Positions 13,408 to 25,010 of a stretch of DNA of 64,000 nucleotides are shown in pieces. The DNA is from Mobula hypostoma. Its lineage: Eukaryota. The notes under the pieces were generated by a model that was not told the DNA's origin, did not search any database, and was given only the letters and a program-made list of their open reading frames with translations. Both the position numbers and the translations under genes were made by a program. The stretch covers positions 208,444,001 to 208,508,000 of the forward strand of contig NC_086098.1 in the NCBI RefSeq assembly GCF_963921235.1. The letters run 5' to 3'. Within the stretch, counting starts at the first letter, position 1. The number at the start of each line of letters is the position of its first letter.

Positions 13408-14017
13408 AAAAAATTTTTATACTGTTTAACTGGACGATTATACAGCTGTTAAACAAAAAAACTCACAGCATAGAAACAGTGATGGGATGTTGAACTCTGC
13501 CATTCGTACATATACAAATCCTTGATCTATGTTTTTCTAGTTATGTTAACAAAGGGATATAGCAACAAAAGAAGAGGGATAGATCACTGGGAAATATAGA
13601 ATAAAAAAATCACTGGGATGGAAGACATGATTGAATAGGTCATATGAAATGAAATTAAAGGAAGGCAGTTTCACCAAAACGGACAATGGAAAGAAGCATC
13701 AGAGACAACCAGTATGTTCGACAGTGTCACAGGGCTTCAGTGGAGTAAGAAGAATGCTCTATGCACATGAAGTTGTCTTTTATGATTGAAGTGCATAATT
13801 CTAATCCTAAGAGAGATCAGAATACCCAGGGGTTTCAAACAAAGGCACGGAAAATCCGTGATGGATATTCGTTTTATCTAAGAGGTTAAAAGGGCTGATC
13901 TCAGGCAACAGTTTGTAGTGAACAGGAATGACCATAGGTTTTTCTGTGAAGACATGATACTTCAGGAACGAAAGAATTGTTTCACATTTTAGAAATATAT
14001 TTTCTTAATTTATTCAT

Positions 14018-14215
14018 GATAGCGTGGTGGTTAGCGTGTCACTTTACAGTGCCAGCGATCACCAATATTTAATTCCTGCTACAGCCTGTAAAGAGTTTGT
14101 ACATTTTCCCTGTGATCACATGGGTTTCCTCAGGGTGCTGCTGTTTCCTCACATGTTCCAAAGACGGTCAGGGTCAGTGAGTTGTGAGCATGCTATGTTG
14201 ACACCAGAAGTGTGG
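14018..14215 (+). mobile_element. V-SINE (HE1-like) copy
   Basis: tRNA-like head GTGGTTAGCG..., V-domain GGGTTTCCTCAGGGTGCTGCTGTTTCCTCACATGTTCCAAAGAC. A more decayed copy lies at ~5810-6030. Confidence 0.65.
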
Positions 14216-14665
14216 CGATACTTACAGACTGCCCAGCAGTTTTTTTTGTGTACATGTGACAACAAGCTAATCTTTAGATTTAGACATCACTGTATTCTCA
14301 ATTGCCCCTGAGGCAGCCAGATCAAGGTGGCAATTTGAGTCAAACGCACTGCTATAGGTTGGAGTTATAAGTGGACCATTATTATTATTATTATGGATGA
14401 GTTTGCCTTCTCTGATGAATAGAAACATAAAAAACCTACAGCACAATACAGGCCCTTGGTAACTAAATGTTTTTGTACCATTTCATAGCTTAATAGTCTG
14501 AATTACTTACATTAGCTTTTTATTCAAGTTTTTATATACTATAATTTAAAACCCAAAATAGCCATCGTGGCATTTGAATTTTTTTTAATGTAATTTGCAA
14601 TTACAGAATTTATCCTATAATTAACCTGTCAAAACTATTTAGTGGCATGAAGTTTAATACTGTAC

Positions 14666-14974
14666 CTTTATAGTTTTAAATTCCTTTTTCCAAGGATAAA
14701 GAAAGAGGTTAATGCAGAAGGTTTCCAGAACTCCAAAGGCAGTAAGGAGTGCATTTAAGCTTGATGTTTTGACCATCTTCAAGGAATTCTCCACAATATC
14801 ATAAAATCTGAATAACTTAAACCTTTCCGATGGCTCCTGGCGATACAAATCAAGTAAGGATGTAGCCATCTTCTTAAGGCTTGCATCCTCTACGAAATCA
14901 CTTTCACTTAATTTCAATTCACAAATCTGTATGTATTTCCGAAACAGCGAGTCTCTGATTTTACTTGGATCCAT
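14666..14974 (-). CDS. SPATA2: SPATA2 first coding exon (N-terminal PUB domain)
   Basis: MDPSKIRDSLFRKY...FLYPWKKEFKTIK, 309 nt, then donor AAG|GTACAG. A likely acceptor ttcatgttgcag at 15092/15091 makes the full exon ~14666-15091 with 5' UTR. Confidence 0.95.
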
Positions 14975-16038
14975 TAGGAGCCGCTTGTGTGATCTGAAGT
15001 TTCTTACAACTCATCCATGACTCAAGTTGTTCTCAGGCAAGGAGTGGATTCAATGTTATAATTCAAATACCAAGTATACTGATAGATCTACCTGCAACAT
15101 GAAGGGATAATGAATTAAAAAAATACACTGCATACTATCATTCCAGATCAACAAATTTAAACAGAAACTGGTAAATAAAACAGTTAATTGCACTTTATAA
15201 TGCAGACCATAAGATACAGGAACAGAATTAGGTCATTTAGCCCATGGATTCTGCTCTGCCATTTTATCATGGCTGACCCATTTTCCCTCTCACACTTTCT
15301 CCACATATCCCTTCATGGCCTGACCAATCAAGGATCATGACAGGAAATATCAACAAAAAATGAATTCTGCAGTTAAACTGCAATGCAGTTTTTTTTTTGT
15401 CAAATTTCAAATTCAGATGCAATATGCTTTTGTTCCTGGGGTCCAAATGTTGTAATTATCCAAAATTAAGGAAATTAGCACTTCTAAGAATCATCTATTA
15501 ATATTTTAAATTATAAACCGTGCCACACTTGACAGTAAAATAAGAATTGAGCTGAGTCATAACCACTATTGAAACTTAACATTTCTTAGATTCTAATACG
15601 TATCCAATCTGTTTGTATAACCAGTTATGAACTATGTATTTCTTAAGGTTTAATTTAATACCCTGAAAGTTAGACTTTGGGTCATGTACCATCATACATT
15701 TCACCACCCATAAAGTAAACACGAATTCTTAAAGACCTTAATAGTTCATATATCTTCCAAATGCACAACTGAAATAAAACAGTACTGAAGAGTTGTACAG
15801 AAGATGAATATATCAATTATAATCTCTTTAAATAGGAAGTATCACGCAGGTTTATCATCCTTCAAAACTCAAGGGGTGTTGTCAAAAACTAAACTAGCTA
15901 ATTACTGTTGGTTTTTGGTATCTACAGGTCCTTGGGTTGCATCTATTAAGCCACGACCCTAGGAAAGAGGTTTGACGTAATTGAAAAGGGTCACTTTAGA
16001 TAGAGCACTACTAGGTTAAACATACAAATGTATTCTAG

Positions 16039-16197
16039 CAACACACACAAAATGCTGGAGGAGTTCAGCAGGCCAGACAGCATCTATGGAAAACAGTACA
16101 GTCGACGTTTCAGACCAAGACCCTTCATCAGGACTGGAGAAAAAAGGTCAGAGTAAGAAGGTGGTGGGCCGGGGGGGAGAGAGAAGGTTGTGTTTGG
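16039..16197 (-). mobile_element. Short Penelope pLTR-derived insert with intact hammerhead core
   Basis: 13-bp TSD AAATGTATTCTAG (16026-16038 / 16198-16210). Minus-strand CAGTC-CTGATGA-AGGGTCTTGGTCT-GAAA-CGTC-GACTG. Confidence 0.85.
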
Positions 16198-16649
16198 AAA
16201 TGTATTCTAGATCATCTAAGTATTCCCAACAGCAAAAATAAGTTTAAAATTGATTCTGAATGCTGCTGTACTGTAGCATAAGTCTACCCTTCCTGTTGAT
16301 ACTGTTCACCACAACTGGATTCTTGGAACGACTGATTTTTAGCGTTTTCAACAGGTTAAATCCGAGCTGTTCTAATATCATGTTCGTCAAACAGTAGGGC
16401 TCGCTGTTTCGACATGGATTAAATGCCCCTATCTATTTAGAGTCCCCAAGATTAACATGATTTCATATTGAACGACTATATTATTTTTCGGCATCACACT
16501 ACAGTCCACAACATTTTTATCCAGACTTCTAAATTGCACTGCTTAGTTAAGTTGGTTGGCGGCTTTTTAAGTTTAAGAGACCAATTAGAGAGCAGAAATT
16601 CTCTTGCCCACAAGCAGAAATATAAGAGCAGCTACTGGAAGGCAACAAC

Positions 16650-17100
16650 CTCACGCAGAGTCACATCAATGTAACGCAGGCCCACTGCCATTTGAATCAC
16701 TGAAAGCTGTCCTCTAACGTGACGGCGCCATCTTTGCCTCAGCCATCATCACTTACTCCTCAGTTCGATTCATTCCTGTCTTACGCGTAACAATCGGCCC
16801 TTTTCTTCCGCCGCAGTAAGAATGCGTGTGTGATACCGATGCAGGTAACACGGTGCAGGCTCACCGATCAGTCACAGCCATTCGATTACCAACCGCTGGC
16901 AACAACACAGCAGACAAGTACCTGCACGCTCTCTAATTGGCTGGAAATCATTTCCGGCTTCGCGTGCTCGGAAGGAAACGCACAATGCGCCTGCGCACCG
17001 CGAGACCGGCGCAACCCCCCCTCCCCCCGAATTTACATGGACTGTTCAGCGCGCCTGCGTAAGAGGTGACCGTCCGAATGATCCTCCTGCACTTGCGCAC
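16650..17100 (-). promoter_or_regulatory. CpG-rich SPATA2 promoter / non-coding first exon region
   Basis: Local CpG enrichment. YY1 motif CGCCATCTT 16726-16734 (AAGATGGCG on minus), NRF1-type TGCGCCTGCGCA 16986-16997, CCAAT on minus ~16935, ETS-like TTCCGG/CGGAAG ~16952-16974. Candidate minus-strand donors GTAAGT (16756) and GTGAGC (16864). TSS not determinable. Confidence 0.65.
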
Positions 17101-17134
17101 ATCGTTTGCAAGGAATTCCTTAGAATTAAAAGTG

Positions 17135-18258
17135 CGAAATGGAAATATAGCCCTACGGCTCCAATATCTGATGTTCCTCCATGGCTCTTTACAATGCATA
17201 CAGTAGATAAAAACCTGCAACAACTTTTAAAAAAGAAGTCTAACTATGGAATCAAACAGATAGTACAAGAATATGTAGAATTGCATTTTAGAAATGAACT
17301 TGTAATATTTACGGATGGATCAAAAGACCCTAGATCTGGCCGCGCAGTCTATATTCCTCAGTGCAAAACTAGTATCAGGAAAAGAACATCAAATCATTTA
17401 TCAGTGTATACAACAGAATTAATGGCAGTATTGAGTGCATTATCTTGGATAGAAGAAAATAATATCAAAAAGGCTGTAACCTGTTCAGACAGTTTATCTG
17501 CATTAACCTCGATCAAATCAAGAAAATCAGAAAGTAGACAGGATATTTTATTGGAGATTCAATGCAAGTTACATACACTGACCAAAAATGGGGTAGAAGT
17601 AAGCTTTCTTTGGGTTCCTGCTCATTGTGGAGTGGAGGGTAATGAAAAGGTGAATAGCATAGCCAAACAGTCGCAGAAATTGTCTATAATAGAGGTCCAG
17701 ATCCCTCTTAGCAAAGCGGACGTCAAGAGCATTATAAAAACACGTATTGAGGAAACATGGCAGAAGCATTGGGATGAGAGTGAAACGGAGACAACTGTAC
17801 AAAATACAGAGGCAAGTCACATACAAAAGTTTGTCAAGTGGTGTAGAAAGACAGAAGTGATCATCAGTCGTTTGAGAATTGGACACACTAATCTTAATTA
17901 CACATTATACAAAATAGAGAAACATCCAACTGGGTTGTGTGAATACTGTAATCAACCAGAAACAGTTGAACATGTATTGATAAAATGTAAGAAGTATCAA
18001 AAAGAGTGAAGATGATAGGAGCACTTAAGATAAACAAAAAAACTGGGTATAGAAGATATTTTAAGTGGGAATTCAAGAGAAATACAGATCTGTATCATGA
18101 AGTATCTGAAAGACTCAGGTTTATTATATAGAATATAGGGAATGTAATTCTTTTCCCTTCTCCTGTTTATCCAACAATCCACACTCCAGTCTAGCAGGTG
18201 GCAGTAATGCACCTTAAAGCTGGTTTGCCAACCGCCATAAAACAACACAAGAAGAAGA
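17135..18258 (+). mobile_element. 5'-truncated I-group (Nimb-like) LINE: RNase H plus C-terminal zinc finger
   Basis: ORF 17194-18009 with FTDGSK, TELMAV, CSDSLSAL, WVPAHCGVEGNE, RLRIGH, CEYC...ETVEHVLIKC. 3' tail GGTGGCAGTAATGCACC...(GAA)n. 13-bp TSD AGAATTAA(A/G)AGTG at 17122-17134 / 18259-18271. Confidence 0.88.
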
Positions 18259-18402
18259 AGAATTAAGAGTGATACATATAGTCACTGTTAAGTTGATAAC
18301 TTGCATCTTAACGTGGTTTGATGAAGACCTCAAAATATTATTTTTACTGTAGAATCAGCCACTCCATTTGTACACAGCAATGAAGATGCTTCAGTCACCA
18401 TG

Positions 18403-18660
18403 ACATAGAACAGTGCAGCACAGGATTAGTAATTAGTAAACTAGTAGCTAACTAATCTCTTCTGCCTACACAATGTCCATATCCTTCCATTTTCCTCACA
18501 TTCATGTGTCTATCTAAGTGTCTCTTAAAACTCTTCAATGTTTCTGCATCTACCACAATTCCAGGCAGCGTATTCCAAGCATCTACCACGTTCTGTGTAA
18601 TAAAAAAAATCTTGCCCCTCACATCTCTTTTGAAATTACTTCCTCTCACCTTAAATGCGT
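18403..18660 (-). mobile_element. CR1 3' fragment
   Basis: RGSNFKRDVRGKIFFITQNVVDAWNTLP...FKRHLD, followed by the CR1 tail. Confidence 0.75.
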
Positions 18661-18704
18661 GCCTTCTTTACAAGCAAGCTGTCCTATTGTATCTTCATCG
18701 AAAG

Positions 18705-19272
18705 ATGTATGGGGTGTATGGGGTGTCAGGGAGGGGTAGCACCTCTGGTGGGGGAACATGTCGCGTCCTTCTCAGGGCAGTTAGTCCACCTTTGGTCCCC
18801 ACCTGGCACTCAGCTCTCACCTGTGACTCCCCGTAGCTGTTTGCATGCGACAGCGGCCACACCCCGGGCAATGGCTTCGACAAGCCGGCTAAATCAGGTG
18901 AGGGTAGCCGACGGATCTCAAACCCTCGGTGAGATAGGGAGTTGTCTATCCCAGCATGTGAAGACAGACTCCGGCGGATTGAGCGGACGAGACCAATGGA
19001 AAGTCCAATGGTCAAGAAGGCGGTCTCTGCAAGCGTCGTGGAACGTGCAGAGCAGGACAAGACACAGAAGACGTCCTGGTCATCCACTGCGCCTAGTCCC
19101 ATCTCCAGCCATCTAGACTCTGTCTTGCCACTGGATCCAGATGGGAATTGGGAAGAGAGAGTGAGGCTGACGCTGCGCAACTCTCCCTCACTTGAATCCA
19201 AATCACGCGCTAGTCTCGACACCATCATAATGGTGTCCAGGTCATCATTGACGTCAATGATGGACGAACAAC
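18705..19272 (+). mobile_element. Non-coding, bipartite RTE-like non-autonomous retroelement with a 5' HDV-like ribozyme fold
   Basis: 10-bp TSD TCATCGAAAG (18695-18704 / 19273-19282). GC-rich structured body, no credible protein, 3' hairpins and ACAAC tail. Family assignment is inferred. Confidence 0.7.
18711..18904 (+). ncRNA. Putative HDV-like self-cleaving ribozyme
   Basis: P1 GGGGTGT(18711-17)/ACACCCC(18859-65); P2 CTCTCACCTG(18814-23)/CAGGTGAGGG(18895-904); L3 TCCCCGT; P1.1 CC/GG; P4 TGGCTT/AAGCCG; J4/2 GCTAA with candidate catalytic C18889. P3 has one mismatch. Confidence 0.7.
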
Positions 19273-19454
19273 TCATCGAAAGTAATCTTTTCCCCAAAAT
19301 ACATACATTATTCATGAAATGTACATTAAATATTTGTCATTATCTTCATTCACTATACCAAGCAATTCAATACATTCCTTTGCAATATATCAATGTCACT
19401 AATACTTTCTCCTTAGGCACTGCATTAGTGAAACATTTGATTGCCTTTTACACC

Positions 19455-20870
19455 ATAAAACATAGGAGCAGAATTAGGCCATTCAGCCCATTGAGTCTGC
19501 TCCACAATTCCATCATGGCTGATCCTGGATTCCAGTCAACCCCATACACCTCCATTCTCACCATATCCTTTGATGCCCTGACCAATCAGGAAATGATCAA
19601 CTTCTGCCTTAAATATACACACAGACTTGGCCTCCACCACAGTCTGTGGCAGAGCTTTCCACAGATTTACTACTCTCTGACTAAAAAGCTTCTTCCTTAC
19701 TTCTGTACTAAAGGGTTGCCCCTCAATTTTGAGGTTGTGGCCTCTAGTTCTGGATACCCCCACCATAGGAAACATCCTCTCCACATCCACTCTATCTAGT
19801 CCTTTCAACATTAAGTAGGTTTCAATAAGATCACCCCCCCCCCAAACCCGCATTCTTCTAAATTCCAGTGATTACAGGCCCAAACCTGCCAAACGTTCTT
19901 CCTATGTTAAGCCGCCCTTCCTCATGAACCTTCTCTGGACTCTCTCCAATGACAACACGTCCATTCTGAGACATGGGGCCCAAAACTGTTGACAATACTC
20001 CTGAGTGCAAACTGACTGGTGTCTTATAAAGGCTCAACATTATCTCCTTGTTATTATATTTTATTCCCCTTGAATGCGAACATTGCATTTGCCTTCTTTA
20101 CCACAGATTCAGCCTGTAAATTGACCTTCTGGGAGTCTTGCACGAGGACTCAGAAGTCCTTCTGCATTTCTGATGTTTGAACCTTCTCCCCATTTAGATA
20201 ATAGTCCGCACTATTGTTCCTGTTACCAAAATGCATTATCATACATTTCCCAACACTACATTCCATCTGCCACTTTTTTGCCTATTCTTCCAATTTGCCT
20301 AAGTCCTGCTGCAATCGCATTGCTTCCTCAGCACTACCTACCCCTCCACCTATCTTGGTATTGTCCACAAACTTTCAATTCTATTATCCAAATCATTGAC
20401 AAACAATGTGAAAAGCAGCGATTCTAATACTGACCCCTGAGGAGCACCACTGGTCACTGGCAGACAACCAGAAAAGGCTGCTTTTATTTCCACTCGCTGC
20501 CTCCTGCCTGTCAGCCATTCCGCTATCCATGACGGTATCTTTCCTGTAATGCCACAGGGTTTCATCTTGTTAAGCAGCCTCATGTGTGGTAGCTAATCAA
20601 ACCAAGTAAATGACATCCACTTCTTCTCCTTTGTCCACACTGCTTGTTACTTCCTCGGAGAACTCTAACAGATTTGTCAGGCAAGATTTCCCTTCACAGA
20701 AACCATGCTGACTTTGGCTTACTTTATAATTAGTCTCCAAGTACCTCGAAACCTCATCCTTAATAATAAACTCCAACACTTTCCCAACCACAGAGGTTAG
20801 TCTAATTGGCCTATAATTTCCCTTCTTAAAGAGTGGAGTAACATTTTACAAGGTGTCCGTCGGTAGCAGG
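19455..20870 (-). mobile_element. Decayed CR1 LINE (RT and 3' end)
   Basis: VGKVLEFIIKD...SQHGFCEGKSCLTNLLEF, VTSGAPQGSVL, GDLIETY...FSQRVVNLW, CR1 tail near 19460. Confidence 0.88.
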
Positions 20871-22994
20871 ATCTGAGAGTGTGGTTTTCTCCATTCAGCA
20901 TTTTCAGTAGTATCACTAAGCTTCTGTGCTTCGCTTGACAACACTTTTGCACATTGGAATGTGCCCTTTCACAACATTCACCTGGAGACATCACCTTGCA
21001 CTGGAGGACCAAAAGGTTTCAGGCAGATCTAAATATGTCTTTCATTGAGTTGATTTTTATCTCGCTTTGGGACTTTAGGACCACCCTACAGAGCACAGAG
21101 TCTTGTGTTATTCAGCTGCTTCCAACGAACCTTAACAAAGTATCTCAACAAAGACCCCTGCATCCTTTTCCAAACCTTGGCCATAATGAACAATCCACAA
21201 AGAGGTGAACAGTGCCTTATCTACATTACATCCATCTTGAGGGCAGTTCGTGGTGGGACTGAGGCTCCTGCATGAAGGATCTGACTGAGAAGGCTCTTGT
21301 CATCACCAACCAAGTTTTGTAAGTTCCATATATGAGGCATTTTACCAACTGATTTTGACAATAGTGTTGGGCAGCTATCCCACTAGGTCCATTATCTTCT
21401 TCTACCACAGGGTGTCCAAGATATTCCATATGGACCACAACCTGATTGGCTTGTGATCTGCACAAACTTTAAGGGTCAGATTGTACAGCACAGTGCAACT
21501 GAACAGAATATTCCACCAGAAGGAAGTCAATCTCACACTTCACAACCCTGGGGACAAGTAGAACCTCAGCAATTAATGGCCCTTGAAGAATGCATACCTA
21601 TCTTGATGCAGCCACACATAACTGTGACCTTCAGGATGAGAGCTATATTTAGTTATGTTTTTACACTATTTTGAGATCTGTGTGCCACCTACTGACAGAT
21701 GACATCCATTTTGGATTTCCAGATGAAATGGAAAATAATTCACATGATTGCAGCAGTACAGGAGCATGGAGTGATCCACATGTGTGCTGTAAGCAGTAAT
21801 ACTATGAGAATTTCATAGCTGAAGACTGTCTTTGAGATGGAACACTGTTCTTAGATTCCCAACTTCTGCTTCACCTTGGCTCTAAACAATTCTCACTGCA
21901 AGCCCTCATTCCTTGAATCCAAATTTCTCAGCACCTTCCAGCAGTTGATGATCTGACTGATGGTGATGGGAACAGTCAATCTGTGGGACCAGCTTCCAAA
22001 GGTTATGTCCCAGCTTGTGCTTCAATTGACTGTGGCCCCTGAGGTCTGCTCAAAATGGTGGCAGATACCGATCAATCTGCAGAACGAGCAGAAGGCGGCA
22101 ATTTACCAACGTAGATGGTGAGTTTGAATTGAATGTTGGGATTGTCGCACCTCTTTTGTGGGTGCCTTTACTGATGGATTTGGCAAAAAGCACAGTGCAA
22201 CACCCAGGCAAGTTAGGGTACAGTGTTGCAGCCTTACACGATTCCATGTTTAGATTCTCTCCCCGAAGCCCATCTTGAAGACAATGTCTCTTGCGTGTCT
22301 GTTAAGTGGCTTTCTCCCAGTTCAAGCTGACCAGGCAGGTGTCTACCCTTCATCCACATCTTCGAAGGTGACCAGATCCCATGGTAGCATAGGACCATCA
22401 GATTTTATTGCTAGGTATAGCAAATGTCTGTTCTGGTGCACCTCCTACCTCAAGGCAGACTTGGCTTGATTGGCAGTAACTTGAATAGTATCATGTAATC
22501 CACATTCAACAGTGAGGTGGTCACCAATTTTTGATCTCCTTTCCACCTTCTGCTTATAGGTGAAAGTGATAATGTTCTTTGTCATTAATGCTGATTTGCT
22601 GCTAGATAGAAGCACAAGCACTCTAAATTGTAGCAATTTAGGGCCCATTCTATCTGAAGATCTGTTGTTTCCAGGAATTTTATTCTTATCAATGTAACAG
22701 ATAAAACTTGTAAGTGCTCTAGGACTGAAGGCTGATCCAGACTCTCCTGCTTGTTTTCACTTCAAACCTCCCAGACAGAGCTCAGGACATTCCAGGAGGT
22801 TATGCTGTCTGCACCTTCCCATTGCACAGACTATTATAGAAGGATTTGCAGAACCTCAGTATGTCCAACTCCGTGCACATATTAGGACATTAAGCTTAAG
22901 CCATCCTCTTCCTTAATTTGCAGACCACACTGGGAGCTCTGTGAATCTTTCAGACGGAATGCTCACTCATCTGTAAATAATCTTGGTGGACTCT

Positions 22995-23338
22995 GATGCA
23001 AAGAGACAGGAGCCTTAGGTCCCACACCATCGGGTTCAGGAACAGTTATTACCCTTCAACTATCAAGGCCCTGAACCAGCGAGGATACTTTTACTCTAAA
23101 CAGGTTCCGCAACCTATGGACTCACGTTCAAGGACTCTACAACTCAGTTCTCAGTATTATTTATTTGTTTTACTTGCACAGTTTGCCTCCTTTTTCACAT
23201 TGTTTGTCAGTGCTTGTGTGTATTTCTTTCATTACATTTCTCTCTTCTACTGTGAATGTCTGAAAGAAAATGAATCTCAAGTTAATATATGGTGAAATAT
23301 ACGTACGTACTTACATAATACATTTACTTTGAACTTTG
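22995..23338 (+). mobile_element. Rex1/Babar LINE 3' fragment
   Basis: RSLRSHTIGFRNSYYPSTIKALN, then a T-rich UTR ending in (ACTTTGA)2. Confidence 0.65.
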
Positions 23339-25010
23339 AGGTTTGGGCTTGCTTGTTCTTTACCCCTTGGACTTCCTCCTTCACATCCATCCCCAGCGAT
23401 TACAGCAGGAGTATATTCTCCATTGTTTATGGACAAAGCAATTCCCTCAAGTGCTGTCTTGCTGTCTAAACATACTGATGATGAATAACCTCGTGATGTT
23501 TGCCTTAATTGCTTCCCTCAGTGCATGGAAAAACAAAGAGGGGTTTTGTTGTTCCCACCCTCTGTGAGGCTTCCTATTTTCATGACAATCTTCAAGTGTT
23601 AAAATCTGTTATCTCCTCACCGTCTATCTCTTCTTCTGTAATATCCATTTTTGCATTGTTCATTCTTAATGCAAATATCCATATCATAGTCCTCTTCTAT
23701 GAAGATAAGTGCCACACCAGAAATTATAAGATACTACATTGATACGTCTTCCACCTTCACATTCAAGCCACTGCTTCAGTCCCTGATGGATACTATTATT
23801 TTATTATTGTCTTTCTCATTATATATTGATGAATCATCCTGATGTTTTCCTAGATTTTACCATCTGACATTTTCTCACAACTTTTACACATTATTGCTTG
23901 CAACCTTATTTATACAATTTAAAACGTAGAATGAATGGACATATTTTTCTGCCACAATTACGGTGTATTATGGGTGTTCACTGCCTTTGCACCCTGATAT
24001 TGAATTCAGGATTCTCATCAGTTAACCACAATATCCCAAAGTTGTTATTACTGATTCAGTATTTTCCAAAAGGCGCGTGGTAGCTGCACTACTGAAGTAA
24101 TCAGAGTACATGCAGCCAAACAGCACCTGTGGCCTAACTCATCCATGCCTACCTATGCTAAAACTATTTTCCAGCAATTGGCCTATATCCCTGTTTTTCT
24201 CTCCTATCCATGTACTTGTCCAAACAGTCTTTAAACACTGCTTTTCTGACAGCTTATTTTATCACCCTTTGCAAAAAAATTGCCCCCCAGGTTTCCTTAA
24301 ACTATTATTCCCCTCTCAGTCTAATCCCACAGCCTCTAGCTTTAGACTTCACTACCCATGGAAAACTTCCTAATCGCCAATTCAAAACAAAATATTTTCC
24401 ATTTTTAAATCCATTATATTTTAAATGTAGTATATTTTAGTTTCTATCATAATCTTAAATTTCAACCCTGTTTTTCACTGTGAAATTTGCTTCAGATATT
24501 GGATAAAAATAGTGCTTTGCGTTTTTCTGTCTGATCATTCTTCCACGTGATTAACCAGCTTAACAACATCAAAATTGCTTTTCCCCCAAGACGATCCAAA
24601 AATAGAATACCCAGTAATTGCAAATGAAATGCATTTTTTGAATAATTCAAATGACATTGTTGCTCTGAAGATGCCATTGGCTGACCTCGTTACCATGCAA
24701 ACGGCAGCATAAGAGTGAGAAACAGGGAAACTTACATTTAATAATAAAACAGACAAAAGTTGGTTCATTGTACACCTGCGGACAGGAAAAGAGACTGAAA
24801 TTAACGTGTGATCTACAATATGTCAGTGACGTACGTACCTCAAAAGGCCACCATCTGTAAAATGTGCACTTTTTTTGTCACAATTTACGAAATTGCCACC
24901 AGGTTGAAAATTAACACAATACAGTACAGAGATTTTCTGATTTTATTTTGCAGTTTTTATTTTATTTTTTAGGTTTTTTTTACCTTACTTAAAAGCAATG
25001 TTCGTCACTC

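Noticed and set aside
18655-19799. Overlapping 153-, 206- and 285-aa ORFs as genes
   Set aside because: They cross TE boundaries, show no recognisable domain and arise from GC-rich structured sequence.
20870-22990. Possible old non-LTR retroelement or pseudogene
   Set aside because: Composition looks like decayed coding sequence, but no motif could be assigned confidently without a search.
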